NCBI GenBank assembly: GCA_046293575.1 | Contig: JBKBOP010000001.1 | Span: 1 to 45,703 of the forward strand | DNA length: 45,703 bases | From: Flavobacterium sp. | GTDB lineage: Bacteria; Bacteroidota; Bacteroidia; Flavobacteriales; Flavobacteriaceae | Reading direction: 5' to 3' | In this document: piece after piece, positions 38,043 through 45,703 of the stretch | Layout of the letters: every line of letters starts with the position of its first letter | Position numbering within the stretch: position 1 is the first letter of the stretch | Translations under genes and position numbers: made by a program | The notes under the pieces: model-generated | What the model saw: the letters and a program-made list of their open reading frames with translations, nothing else | What the model was told of the DNA's origin: nothing | The model's database searches: none

Positions 38043-38066
38043 AAAAGCCCGACGTTCTGCCGGGCT
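38041..38066 (-). terminator. Intrinsic terminator for the PLP enzyme gene
   Basis: Minus strand AGCCCGGC-AGAAC-GTCGGGCT followed by a T run. Confidence 0.8.
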
Positions 38067-38090
38067 CTTCAACTAAATTATTTTAAAAGC

Positions 38091-39350
38091 TTATTCTACG
38101 TTGGTAACACGAGCATCAGCCCATTGCTTATAAGTTCCATTTTCAAGTTTCTCTCTAATGGCCTCAAAAGCGGCTAGCGTTTCTTCAATATCCCCTAACG
38201 TATGTGATGCCGTTGGAATCATTCTTAACAAAATTATACCTTTTGGAATGACTGGATAAATAACAATAGAAAGGAAAATTCCATAATTTTCTCGAAGGTC
38301 ATTCACCATCACCATGGCTTCTGGCACACTTCCGTTTAAATATACTGGAGTGACACAAGTATTGGTATCGCCAATATTAAAACCTCTTGTTCTCAATCCG
38401 TTTTGAAGAGTATTTACGTTTTCCCAAAGTTTGTCTTTTAACTCAGGCATGCTTTTCAACATTTGCAAACGTTTTAAAGCACCCACAGTTTGAATCATGG
38501 GCAATGCTTTGGCAAACATTTGTGAACGCAAGTTATATTTCAAATAATCAATAATATCTTTATCTGCCGCGATGAAGGCTCCAATACTCGCCATTGATTT
38601 AGCAAAAGTGGAAAAATACACATCGATTTCGTCTTGACAGCCTTGCTCCTCTCCTGCTCCTGCTCCAGTTTTCCCTAAAGTTCCAAAACCATGAGCATCA
38701 TCCACCAACAATCGGAAGTTGTATTTTTTCTTCAATGCAACAATCTCTTTCAACTTTCCTTGCTGACCTCTCATTCCAAAGACACCTTCGGTAATAAACA
38801 AAATACCCCCACCGGTTTCCTCCGCCATTTTAGTGGCTCTCTGGAGGTTTTTCTCCATGCTTTCAAGGTCATTATGTCTATAGGTAAATCTCTTACCCAT
38901 GTGCAAACGAACACCATCAATGATACAGGCATGTGCATCCACATCATACACAATAATATCATTTTTAGTTACTAAGGCATCAATCGTTGACATAATACCT
39001 TGGTAACCAAAGTTTAATAAATAAGCAGCTTCTTTATGTACAAAAGCAGCAAGTTCATTTTCTAATTGTTCGTGAACATCAGTGTGGCCACTCATCATTC
39101 GAGCTCCCATAGGATAAGCAGCTCCATATTGTAAAGCAGCATCAGCATCTGCTTTTCTTATCTCTGGATGGTTTGCCAAGCCCAAGTAGTCGTTAATACT
39201 CCAGTTAAGAATTTCTTTCCCGTGGAACTTCATTCTCGGACCAAGTTCGCCTTCCAATTTTGGAAAAACAAAGTAACCTTCTGCTTGAGATGCCCACTTT
39301 CCAAGCGGACCTTTAGTGCTTTGTATTCTTTCGAATAAATCTTTTACCAT
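38091..39350 (-). CDS. PLP-dependent alpha-oxoamine synthase, likely cysteate C-fatty acyltransferase (3-ketocapnine synthase; CapB/SulA/CFAT type)
   Basis: N.YLGL, HACIIDG, DDAHGFG, STFAKS PLP lysine. GYFVFPKLEGELGP, PMGARMMSG and SQMFAK match my recollection of capnine synthases rather than SPT/BioF. TACTTTTG promoter at 39386-39379. Confidence 0.8.
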   Translation of the reverse strand: MVKDLFERIQSTKGPLGKWASQAEGYFVFPKLEGELGPRMKFHGKEILNWSINDYLGLANHPEIRKADADAALQYGAAYPMGARMMSGHTDVHEQLENELAAFVHKEAAYLLNFGYQGIMSTIDALVTKNDIIVYDVDAHACIIDGVRLHMGKRFTYRHNDLESMEKNLQRATKMAEETGGGILFITEGVFGMRGQQGKLKEIVALKKKYNFRLLVDDAHGFGTLGKTGAGAGEEQGCQDEIDVYFSTFAKSMASIGAFIAADKDIIDYLKYNLRSQMFAKALPMIQTVGALKRLQMLKSMPELKDKLWENVNTLQNGLRTRGFNIGDTNTCVTPVYLNGSVPEAMVMVNDLRENYGIFLSIVIYPVIPKGIILLRMIPTASHTLGDIEETLAAFEAIREKLENGTYKQWADARVTNVE

Positions 39351-39431
39351 GATTTTAATAGATATTAAAAAAACAGAGCAAAAGTAAGCATTATTCAGAT
39401 GCTTTCATAATATTGAATTATGGATTTCTTA

Positions 39432-39447
39432 ACGCTAACGTTTTCGT
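39432..39447. promoter_or_regulatory. LacI-family-like operator
   Basis: ACGCTAACGTTTTCGT, 14/16 match to the palindrome ACGAAAACGTTTTCGT, located between divergent promoters. Confidence 0.5.
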
Positions 39448-39505
39448 AAAAAACTTCAACCATCAGACTTTAAAAAAAAACTATCTTTGAACAAATGCTA
39501 TAAAT

Positions 39506-40264
39506 ATGAGTATTCAAGATAAAAACGATTTTAAACTAGCCGTATTGATTGACGCTGATAATGTTCCCTATCATAATGTTAAAGGGATGATGGAAGAAAT
39601 TGCCAAATATGGAACCCCAACCACCAAACGCATTTATGGCGATTGGACCAAAGCTCCCGACAAAGGTTGGAAAAGTGTGCTTTTGGAACATGCTATTACC
39701 CCTATTCAGCAATATGGCTATACCACTGGAAAAAATGCAACCGATTCGGCCATGATTATTGATGCCATGGATATTCTTTATTCTAATAAAGTGGATGGAT
39801 TTTGCATTGTTTCTAGCGATAGTGATTTTACGCGACTAGCCACTCGATTAAGAGAATCTGGAATGAAAGTAATTGGTATTGGTGAAAAGAAAACACCGAA
39901 TCCTTTTATTGTGGCGTGTGACCGATTTATTTTTATTGAGGTCATTGAAGGTGCTAAGAAAAAAGCAGTACCCAAAACCAATGTTGATAAAAAAGTGGAA
40001 GAAAAAACTCTGATCCCAAAAATTGATAAATTAACGATGGATATTATTCTTGATAGTATTGAAGATATGGGAGAAGACGACGGCTGGGCCTTCTTGGGAG
40101 ATGTTGGAAATCTAATCGTCAAGAAAAAGCCAGAGTTTGACCCTAGAAACTATGGCTTCACCAAGTTAACCCCTCTAATGAAATCACTTCAAGATGTTAT
40201 AGAAATCCATGAAAGAGATTCAGATAAAAGAGGGATTAAGCATGTATTTGTTAGGTTAAAATAA
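39506..40264 (+). CDS. NYN (LabA/DUF88 PIN-like) domain protein with C-terminal OST-HTH/LOTUS domain
   Basis: LIDADN, RIYGDW, GKNATD..IDAMD, SSDSDF, DGWA.L..VG, FDPRNYG; TATCTTTG promoter at 39482-39489. Confidence 0.9.
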   Translation: MSIQDKNDFKLAVLIDADNVPYHNVKGMMEEIAKYGTPTTKRIYGDWTKAPDKGWKSVLLEHAITPIQQYGYTTGKNATDSAMIIDAMDILYSNKVDGFCIVSSDSDFTRLATRLRESGMKVIGIGEKKTPNPFIVACDRFIFIEVIEGAKKKAVPKTNVDKKVEEKTLIPKIDKLTMDIILDSIEDMGEDDGWAFLGDVGNLIVKKKPEFDPRNYGFTKLTPLMKSLQDVIEIHERDSDKRGIKHVFVRLK

Positions 40265-40272
40265 CAACCAAA

Positions 40273-42657
40273 TTATAAAACCAAAGAGCATACTGATTTA
40301 TACAACACTTCTTTATCTACTGGTTTAGATAAATAGTGGTTCATCCCTATTTCTTTAACTCTGGTTTTAGTGGTTTCCATCACGTCAGCTGTAACAGCAA
40401 TAATAGGAATATTTGATTTCTCTTTTCCGGCCTCACCGTTTCTAATGGCAATGGTGGCTTCGTAGCCATCCATGACTGGCATTTGTAAATCCATTAAAAC
40501 CACATCAAAATTACTGCCTTTCAATGTTTGTAACCCCTCTAAACCATTGTTGGCAAAGACAACTTGTGTATTCAACCATTTTTTGGTAATCATCTTGATG
40601 ACCATTTGGTTCATGGCGTTGTCTTCCACAACCAAAATTCTTTTTCCACCTAAATCATAATCTTGAATTTGACTGGTGGTTGGAACTTCAATATTCTCGC
40701 CTTTTACTACTTGTAAGGGTAAAACAATTTTGCACACCGTTCCCTGAGCAGGCAAGCTTTGCATATCGATATTGCCCCCGAATAAATCAACCAATGACTT
40801 GACGATGTACAATCCTAAACCAAGTCCTCCAAACTTTCTTTTGTTATTGATACTTTCTTGGCTAAAAGAATCAAAAATCGACTTCATCTTTTCTTTGGGT
40901 ATTCCCACACCAGTATCAGCAATGGAAATCATAAAATCACTTTTACCCTTTCCTTTTGAAATCATCTCAAATTCACATCTTATAAAGCCTTGTTCTGTAA
41001 ATTTCAGAGCATTGCTCAAAACATTTTGAACAATTTGTGCGAGTCTAGAAGCATCTCCGTGGCATTTCTCAGGAAATTCTCCTTTAAAATTGACATTAAA
41101 TCCTAAGTTTTTATCAATAGCTTGTAATTCTGCATGCTTTAAAATCTGCTGTAAAGTGGTTTTTAAATTAAAATCAGAAAGCTCTAATTTCAGTTCGTTT
41201 TTTTCAATTTTAGAAAAATCCAAAATGTCATTGACTGAATTTAAAAGTCCAACCGCTGAATACTTAATAATTTCAGTCTTCTTTTGAGTTTCTTCATCTT
41301 TGTTTTCAGTTTTAATGGCATCAGATAAACTGAGTATCGCATTGAGCGGTGTTCGTAATTCGTGACTAATGTTAGACAAAAAATAGGACTTCATTTCGTT
41401 CATTTCTTCCGACTTTACTAGGGCCAAATCTTTGAGTTCTTCTCTTTCGTCCCGGAGTCTTTTAATTAAATTAGCCATCGAAAGTGAGAGAAAAATAACT
41501 TCCATACCGGTGCCTAACTTAGAACTGTTTTCTGTCCAAAAACTCACGGGCAGCACACTAAAATTTTTAAGAATAAAGACCACAAAACCTGCTACGAGAA
41601 AGAAAATACCAGTTGTAAAAAAACCGTCAATCTTTCCAGTTTTTCTATAAATAACTATGATGGATCCAATAATTAAAGATAAAATCAACAACCCAAGAAT
41701 ATTTGCAATTGGGTAGGAATAGAACAGAGCACCAGGAAAAATGATGATAGCCAGCAATAGTAAAAAATCTAAACTAAAAACAGTGTAAAACCCGTATTGC
41801 ATAAATTTGCTGTAACGATTGACATTCAAAAAAACCTGAGCATATCTTCCTAATAAAAAATTAGCTATGGTAGCTGTTATGATTACGGAACGTTGAGAAA
41901 GCCATCCTGCCTCGGGTGTAAAGAATTGATAGAAATAACCGTCTAATGAAAACTGTAGAAGTCCAATGAAAATAACGTATAAGCTATAATAAAGGAAACT
42001 TCTTTCCTTCATAGCAAAAAAGAAAAACAAATATAGAATAGCAGCAATTAATAGAATTCCATAAAAAAAACCAAAGACCATTTGTTCAAAAGCACTTTGA
42101 GCATGAAGATTTTCATCTGTTCTCAGATAGACGGAACCGTTAATCACCTCACCGTCACTTTTCAACATTAGATAGTATAAATAGTCACTTTGTGGCTCAA
42201 GTTCGACTTTAAAAATTGATTTTCTGTGGTTGAATGCTCTTTCTGAATAAGGAATTAAATCACCTGTGTGCTCGGAGGAAATTAAAGTATTGGATTGAAG
42301 AGTGTAAAGCGAAACTCTATCCGTAATGGGCCGTGAAGTTTCTAAATAGTAGATGAGTTTATCATCTGTTTTGTTTTCAATTTCAAATCGTATCCAGTAC
42401 TGATCTTTCGTGAATCCAAAATCGTTTACTTCGTCATGAAAAACTTGAAAAGCATCAGGAGATAATCGCTTCACTTTTTCAAACGAGACATCATTGTCAC
42501 CCGCATGCCAAAAAGTGGCATACGGATGTAATGAAAGTTCTTCAAATTGTGTAGGTTCTAAAATAGAGACTTGGGCAAAAAGGGTAATATGAAGAAAAAA
42601 AAACAGAAGTATACCAGGGGCTTGGTATTTACTTCTTAAAAGTAAATGTAGATTCAT
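40273..42657 (-). CDS. Hybrid histidine kinase/receiver with 7TM-DISM sensor
   Basis: DISMED2-like ectodomain (FGFT..YW.RF), 7 TM helices, SHELRTPLN, NALKFT, DTGVGI, GLGLGL, receiver VEDN..MDLQMPVMDG..KP. Confidence 0.92.
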   Translation of the reverse strand: MNLHLLLRSKYQAPGILLFFFLHITLFAQVSILEPTQFEELSLHPYATFWHAGDNDVSFEKVKRLSPDAFQVFHDEVNDFGFTKDQYWIRFEIENKTDDKLIYYLETSRPITDRVSLYTLQSNTLISSEHTGDLIPYSERAFNHRKSIFKVELEPQSDYLYYLMLKSDGEVINGSVYLRTDENLHAQSAFEQMVFGFFYGILLIAAILYLFFFFAMKERSFLYYSLYVIFIGLLQFSLDGYFYQFFTPEAGWLSQRSVIITATIANFLLGRYAQVFLNVNRYSKFMQYGFYTVFSLDFLLLLAIIIFPGALFYSYPIANILGLLILSLIIGSIIVIYRKTGKIDGFFTTGIFFLVAGFVVFILKNFSVLPVSFWTENSSKLGTGMEVIFLSLSMANLIKRLRDEREELKDLALVKSEEMNEMKSYFLSNISHELRTPLNAILSLSDAIKTENKDEETQKKTEIIKYSAVGLLNSVNDILDFSKIEKNELKLELSDFNLKTTLQQILKHAELQAIDKNLGFNVNFKGEFPEKCHGDASRLAQIVQNVLSNALKFTEQGFIRCEFEMISKGKGKSDFMISIADTGVGIPKEKMKSIFDSFSQESINNKRKFGGLGLGLYIVKSLVDLFGGNIDMQSLPAQGTVCKIVLPLQVVKGENIEVPTTSQIQDYDLGGKRILVVEDNAMNQMVIKMITKKWLNTQVVFANNGLEGLQTLKGSNFDVVLMDLQMPVMDGYEATIAIRNGEAGKEKSNIPIIAVTADVMETTKTRVKEIGMNHYLSKPVDKEVLYKSVCSLVL

Positions 42658-42724
42658 GGCACGGGTTTTTGGATTTGGTTAGTCCAATATACGATAAAAA
42701 AGCAACTTTAGATTTTCAATTATC

Positions 42725-42751
42725 AAAAAAAAACCGCCCGAAGGCGGTTTT
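42725..42751 (-). terminator. Intrinsic terminator after the lipoprotein gene
   Basis: + strand A-run-CCGCC-CGAA-GGCGG-TTTT, i.e. a UUCG-loop hairpin with a U run on the minus strand. Confidence 0.88.
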
Positions 42752-42756
42752 GAATT

Positions 42757-43203
42757 TTAATTTTTTGTGAAAGTTAGCAAATCAATACTTCCATCACCTC
42801 CACTGACGTGCCTAAACTCCATTTTAGTTGACGAAACAGACAAGATTCTCCAGTCTTCACTAATTTCTTCAAACGGACCAGAATTCACTGCAAAAAGTAA
42901 AATAAACTTTGGCGTGCTATCATCAACCCCAGTTATCCAAGTTCCCGAAACCAAATCGGTGTTGTTGGTGGCTGAAACAGTTCCGTCAGCAGTAAACACA
43001 AAATTAAATCCTTCAAAAAGAGAGGTTTTGTTTACTCCATCTTCGTTAAAAAGTGTGACTCTCCAGTTACCGTTAACAGCTTGCGATTGAACTTGTGAGG
43101 CCAATTGAGAATTACTAGATGGACTATCATCAGAACTGCATGATATCAGTGGCATCATGATCAAAAGAGCCAAAGCCAATGTTTTTTTAATTAAAAATTT
43201 CAT
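42757..43203 (-). CDS. Lipoprotein, lipocalin-like beta fold
   Basis: Lipobox LISC followed by SSDD (Bacteroidota surface-export-like acidic signal); GNW.V, F.F.ADG, GTW. Confidence 0.8.
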   Translation of the reverse strand: MKFLIKKTLALALLIMMPLISCSSDDSPSSNSQLASQVQSQAVNGNWRVTLFNEDGVNKTSLFEGFNFVFTADGTVSATNNTDLVSGTWITGVDDSTPKFILLFAVNSGPFEEISEDWRILSVSSTKMEFRHVSGGDGSIDLLTFTKN

Positions 43204-43333
43204 TATTTATATATTTTTATTGGTTATTTAATTACAACGTAAATGTAGCTTTATAATTATATTCATTTCTTTCAATTCAATCTAAATTTAATCTTAAGTA
43301 AATTTGTAAAAATCAATCCCAAAAACATTTAAA

Positions 43334-43912
43334 ATGAAGCTCGTTTTTGCCACCCACAATCAAAACAAAGTCAAAGAAATAGTTTGCCTTTTACCCCCCT
43401 TTTATGAAATGGTTTCATTAAATGAGATTGGTTTTTCAGAAGAAATTCCAGAAACAGCTCAAACTTTAGAGGGAAATGCCACTATTAAAGCAGAAACGAT
43501 ATACCATTCAACTGGAATGAATTGTTTTGCCGATGATACTGGGTTAGAAGTAGAAGCTCTCAAGGGAGCTCCCGGCGTGTATTCAGCAAGATATGCTGGT
43601 CTACAGAAAAACGCTTCGGACAATATTGAAAAGCTTTTGATGGAAATGGGTTCCATTGAGAATAGAAAAGCTCAATTCAGAACTGTTATCTGTTTGATTA
43701 TAAATGGTGAAAAATATTTATTTGAAGGTAAAATAGTAGGGCAAATTGAAAAAGAACCGAGGGGAGAAGGCGGGTTTGGTTATGACCCGATTTTTACCCC
43801 TGATGGATTTGAAAAAACTTTTGCCGAAATGAACTTGGAAGAAAAATCAAAAATGAGCCATCGAGGCATAGCATTTGATAAAATGATTCACTTTTTAAAA
43901 TTACTTAAATAA
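43334..43912 (+). CDS. rdgB: Non-canonical purine NTP pyrophosphatase (RdgB/HAM1)
   Basis: ATHNQNK, ADDTGL, APGVYSARYAG, GFGYDPIF, K..SHRG; TAAATTTG promoter at 43299-43306. Confidence 0.95.
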   Translation: MKLVFATHNQNKVKEIVCLLPPFYEMVSLNEIGFSEEIPETAQTLEGNATIKAETIYHSTGMNCFADDTGLEVEALKGAPGVYSARYAGLQKNASDNIEKLLMEMGSIENRKAQFRTVICLIINGEKYLFEGKIVGQIEKEPRGEGGFGYDPIFTPDGFEKTFAEMNLEEKSKMSHRGIAFDKMIHFLKLLK

Positions 43913-44029
43913 CAAATTAAATCATAACGTCTCTTGATTTTGATTTTCAAATGTTTAAACAACAGATTTTCAATTTGATAGTAATTTTAAGAATTAAACA
44001 CTACCTTTGCACCCAATTTTAAGTACATA

Positions 44030-45703
44030 ATGAACAAATTTGAACAATTAGGTCTTAACGAACCGCTGATGCGTGCCGTTAAAGACATGGGTTTTGAGAC
44101 CCCCAGTGACATTCAGGAAAAAGCTATACCCATCTTATTACAACAAGATACAGACATGGTGGCATTAGCTCAAACCGGAACCGGTAAGACAGCTGCCTTT
44201 GGATTTCCTTTAATTCAGAAAGTTGATGCAACGAAAAGACATACACAAGCTTTAATTTTATCTCCAACCAGAGAGTTATGCTTGCAAATTACCAATGAAA
44301 TCAAAAACTATAGTAAATATGTGCCCGGACTTCACTCTGTGGCTATTTATGGTGGTGCAAGTATCGTTGAACAAGCCAAAGAGGTGAAAAAAGGAGCTCA
44401 AGTAATTGTAGCTACCCCAGGAAGAATGCAAGACATGATTAATCGCGGTATGATCAATATTTCTCAGATTCAATACTGTATTCTTGATGAAGCAGATGAA
44501 ATGTTGAACATGGGATTTTATGATGATATCGTTTCTATTCTTTCAACAACTCCAGAAGAAAAAAGCACATGGTTGTTTTCTGCAACTATGCCGCAAGAAG
44601 TAGCGAGAATTGCCCGTGAATTCATGAGAAAACCTCTTGAAATCACTGTTGGTACCAAAAATTCAGGAACGGCAACGGTTTCACATGAATTCTATGTAGT
44701 CAATGCCAAAGACAGATATGAAGCTTTGAAGAGATTAGCTGATGCTAATCCAGACATTTTCTCTGTGATTTTTTGTAGAACCAAAAGAGATACACAATCA
44801 GTTGCTGAAAAACTGATTGCAGATGGTTATAATGCTGCTGCTATTCACGGTGATTTATCACAAGCCCAAAGAGACGGCGTGATGAAAGCCTTTAGAGGAA
44901 GACAAATTCAAATGTTGGTGGCTACCGACGTTGCTGCTAGAGGTATAGATGTTGATAACATTACCCACGTAGTGAACTATCAACTTCCAGATGAAATTGA
45001 AACCTATAATCACAGAAGTGGTAGAACTGGTAGAGCCGGAAAACTAGGAATTTCAATCGTTATCATTACCAAAAGTGAAATCCGCAAAATCCATGCTATT
45101 GAAAAAATCATCAAACAAAAATTTGAAGAAAAACAAATACCATCTGGCATCGAAATTTGTGAAATTCAACTTTTACATTTAGCAAATAAAATAAAAGATA
45201 CAGAAGTAGATCATGAAATTGACAACTACTTACCTGCTATCAATGAAGTATTGGACGGACTTACCAAAGAAGAACTCATAAAAAAGATGGTATCTGTTGA
45301 ATTCAATAGATTCATCAATTACTACAAAAAGAAGAGAGATTTATCTTCTTCTACCTCTTCATCAGACAATAACAATTACGCTCAAGAGGGCGATGCCGTG
45401 AGGTATTTTATTAATATTGGTAGTCGTGATAATTTCGACTGGATGAGTTTGAAAGACTTTTTAAGAGATACGCTTGAATTAGGTAGAGATGATGTATTTA
45501 AGGTAGATGTAAAAGAAGGCTTTTCATTTTTCAATACTGATTCGGCTCACAGTGACCGTGTAATGGATGTTTTAAATAACATTCAAATGGATGGTAGAAA
45601 AATCAATGTTGAAATTTCCAAAAATGACGGTGGAGGCCGAAAAAGAGATTTTAGCAGCAGAGGTGGATCTGACAGAGGAGGTTTTAGAGGTGATCGGGAT
45701 AAC
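44030..45703 (+). CDS. DEAD-box RNA helicase (DeaD/CsdA-like, DbpA-type RNA-binding domain), 3' end truncated
   Basis: Not in ORF track. From ATG 44030: AQTGTGKT, PTREL, TPGR, DEADEM, SAT, ARGID, HRSGRTGRAG, RG-rich tail; TACCTTTG promoter at 44002-44009. Confidence 0.95.
   Translation, partial: MNKFEQLGLNEPLMRAVKDMGFETPSDIQEKAIPILLQQDTDMVALAQTGTGKTAAFGFPLIQKVDATKRHTQALILSPTRELCLQITNEIKNYSKYVPGLHSVAIYGGASIVEQAKEVKKGAQVIVATPGRMQDMINRGMINISQIQYCILDEADEMLNMGFYDDIVSILSTTPEEKSTWLFSATMPQEVARIAREFMRKPLEITVGTKNSGTATVSHEFYVVNAKDRYEALKRLADANPDIFSVIFCRTKRDTQSVAEKLIADGYNAAAIHGDLSQAQRDGVMKAFRGRQIQMLVATDVAARGIDVDNITHVVNYQLPDEIETYNHRSGRTGRAGKLGISIVIITKSEIRKIHAIEKIIKQKFEEKQIPSGIEICEIQLLHLANKIKDTEVDHEIDNYLPAINEVLDGLTKEELIKKMVSVEFNRFINYYKKKRDLSSSTSSSDNNNYAQEGDAVRYFINIGSRDNFDWMSLKDFLRDTLELGRDDVFKVDVKEGFSFFNTDSAHSDRVMDVLNNIQMDGRKINVEISKNDGGGRKRDFSSRGGSDRGGFRGDRDN

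Noticed and set aside
38091-39350. BioF or serine palmitoyltransferase
   Set aside because: No bio genes nearby, and N-terminal and active-site motifs fit the capnine-synthase type better. Needs phylogeny to be certain.
1322-44473. Numerous 60-130 aa ORFs antisense or out of frame to long genes (e.g. 1855-2214, 19617-20003, 27617-27973, 39778-40122, 42767-43090)
   Set aside because: Shadow ORFs lying wholly or largely within well-supported genes, with no recognisable motifs or promoters.

Overview
AT-rich Bacteroidota chromosome segment, almost certainly Flavobacterium/Flavobacteriaceae (TAnnTTTG -7 promoters, T9SS C-terminal domains, family-typical genes). It holds about 35 CDSs: a truncated sigma54 activator; a TonB receptor/TPR/LytS-type kinase/2TM/LytTR module; a TPR-kinase/CHASE-PAS-kinase/receiver operon; nudK; a pRiA4b-ORF3-like and a YejK-like gene; an ABC exporter; two T9SS type-B adhesins; an esterase; typA; a flippase/GT4/YfhO cluster; an OM channel plus GNAT gene converging on a cysteate-type alpha-oxoamine synthase (likely sulfonolipid synthesis); a NYN protein; a 7TM-DISM hybrid kinase; rdgB; and a truncated DEAD-box helicase. 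No tRNA, rRNA, CRISPR, transposase or prophage was seen. The most notable unexplained structure is non-coding. Two tandem candidate small-RNA genes (about 6581-6652 and 6743-6835, minus strand) share a promoter design, expose GGUUAA/CCCCAA loops complementary to leaders of genes in this window, and end in intrinsic terminators. Two identically spaced LytTR-type direct-repeat promoters lie nearby. All family assignments come from motif recognition, not database searches.
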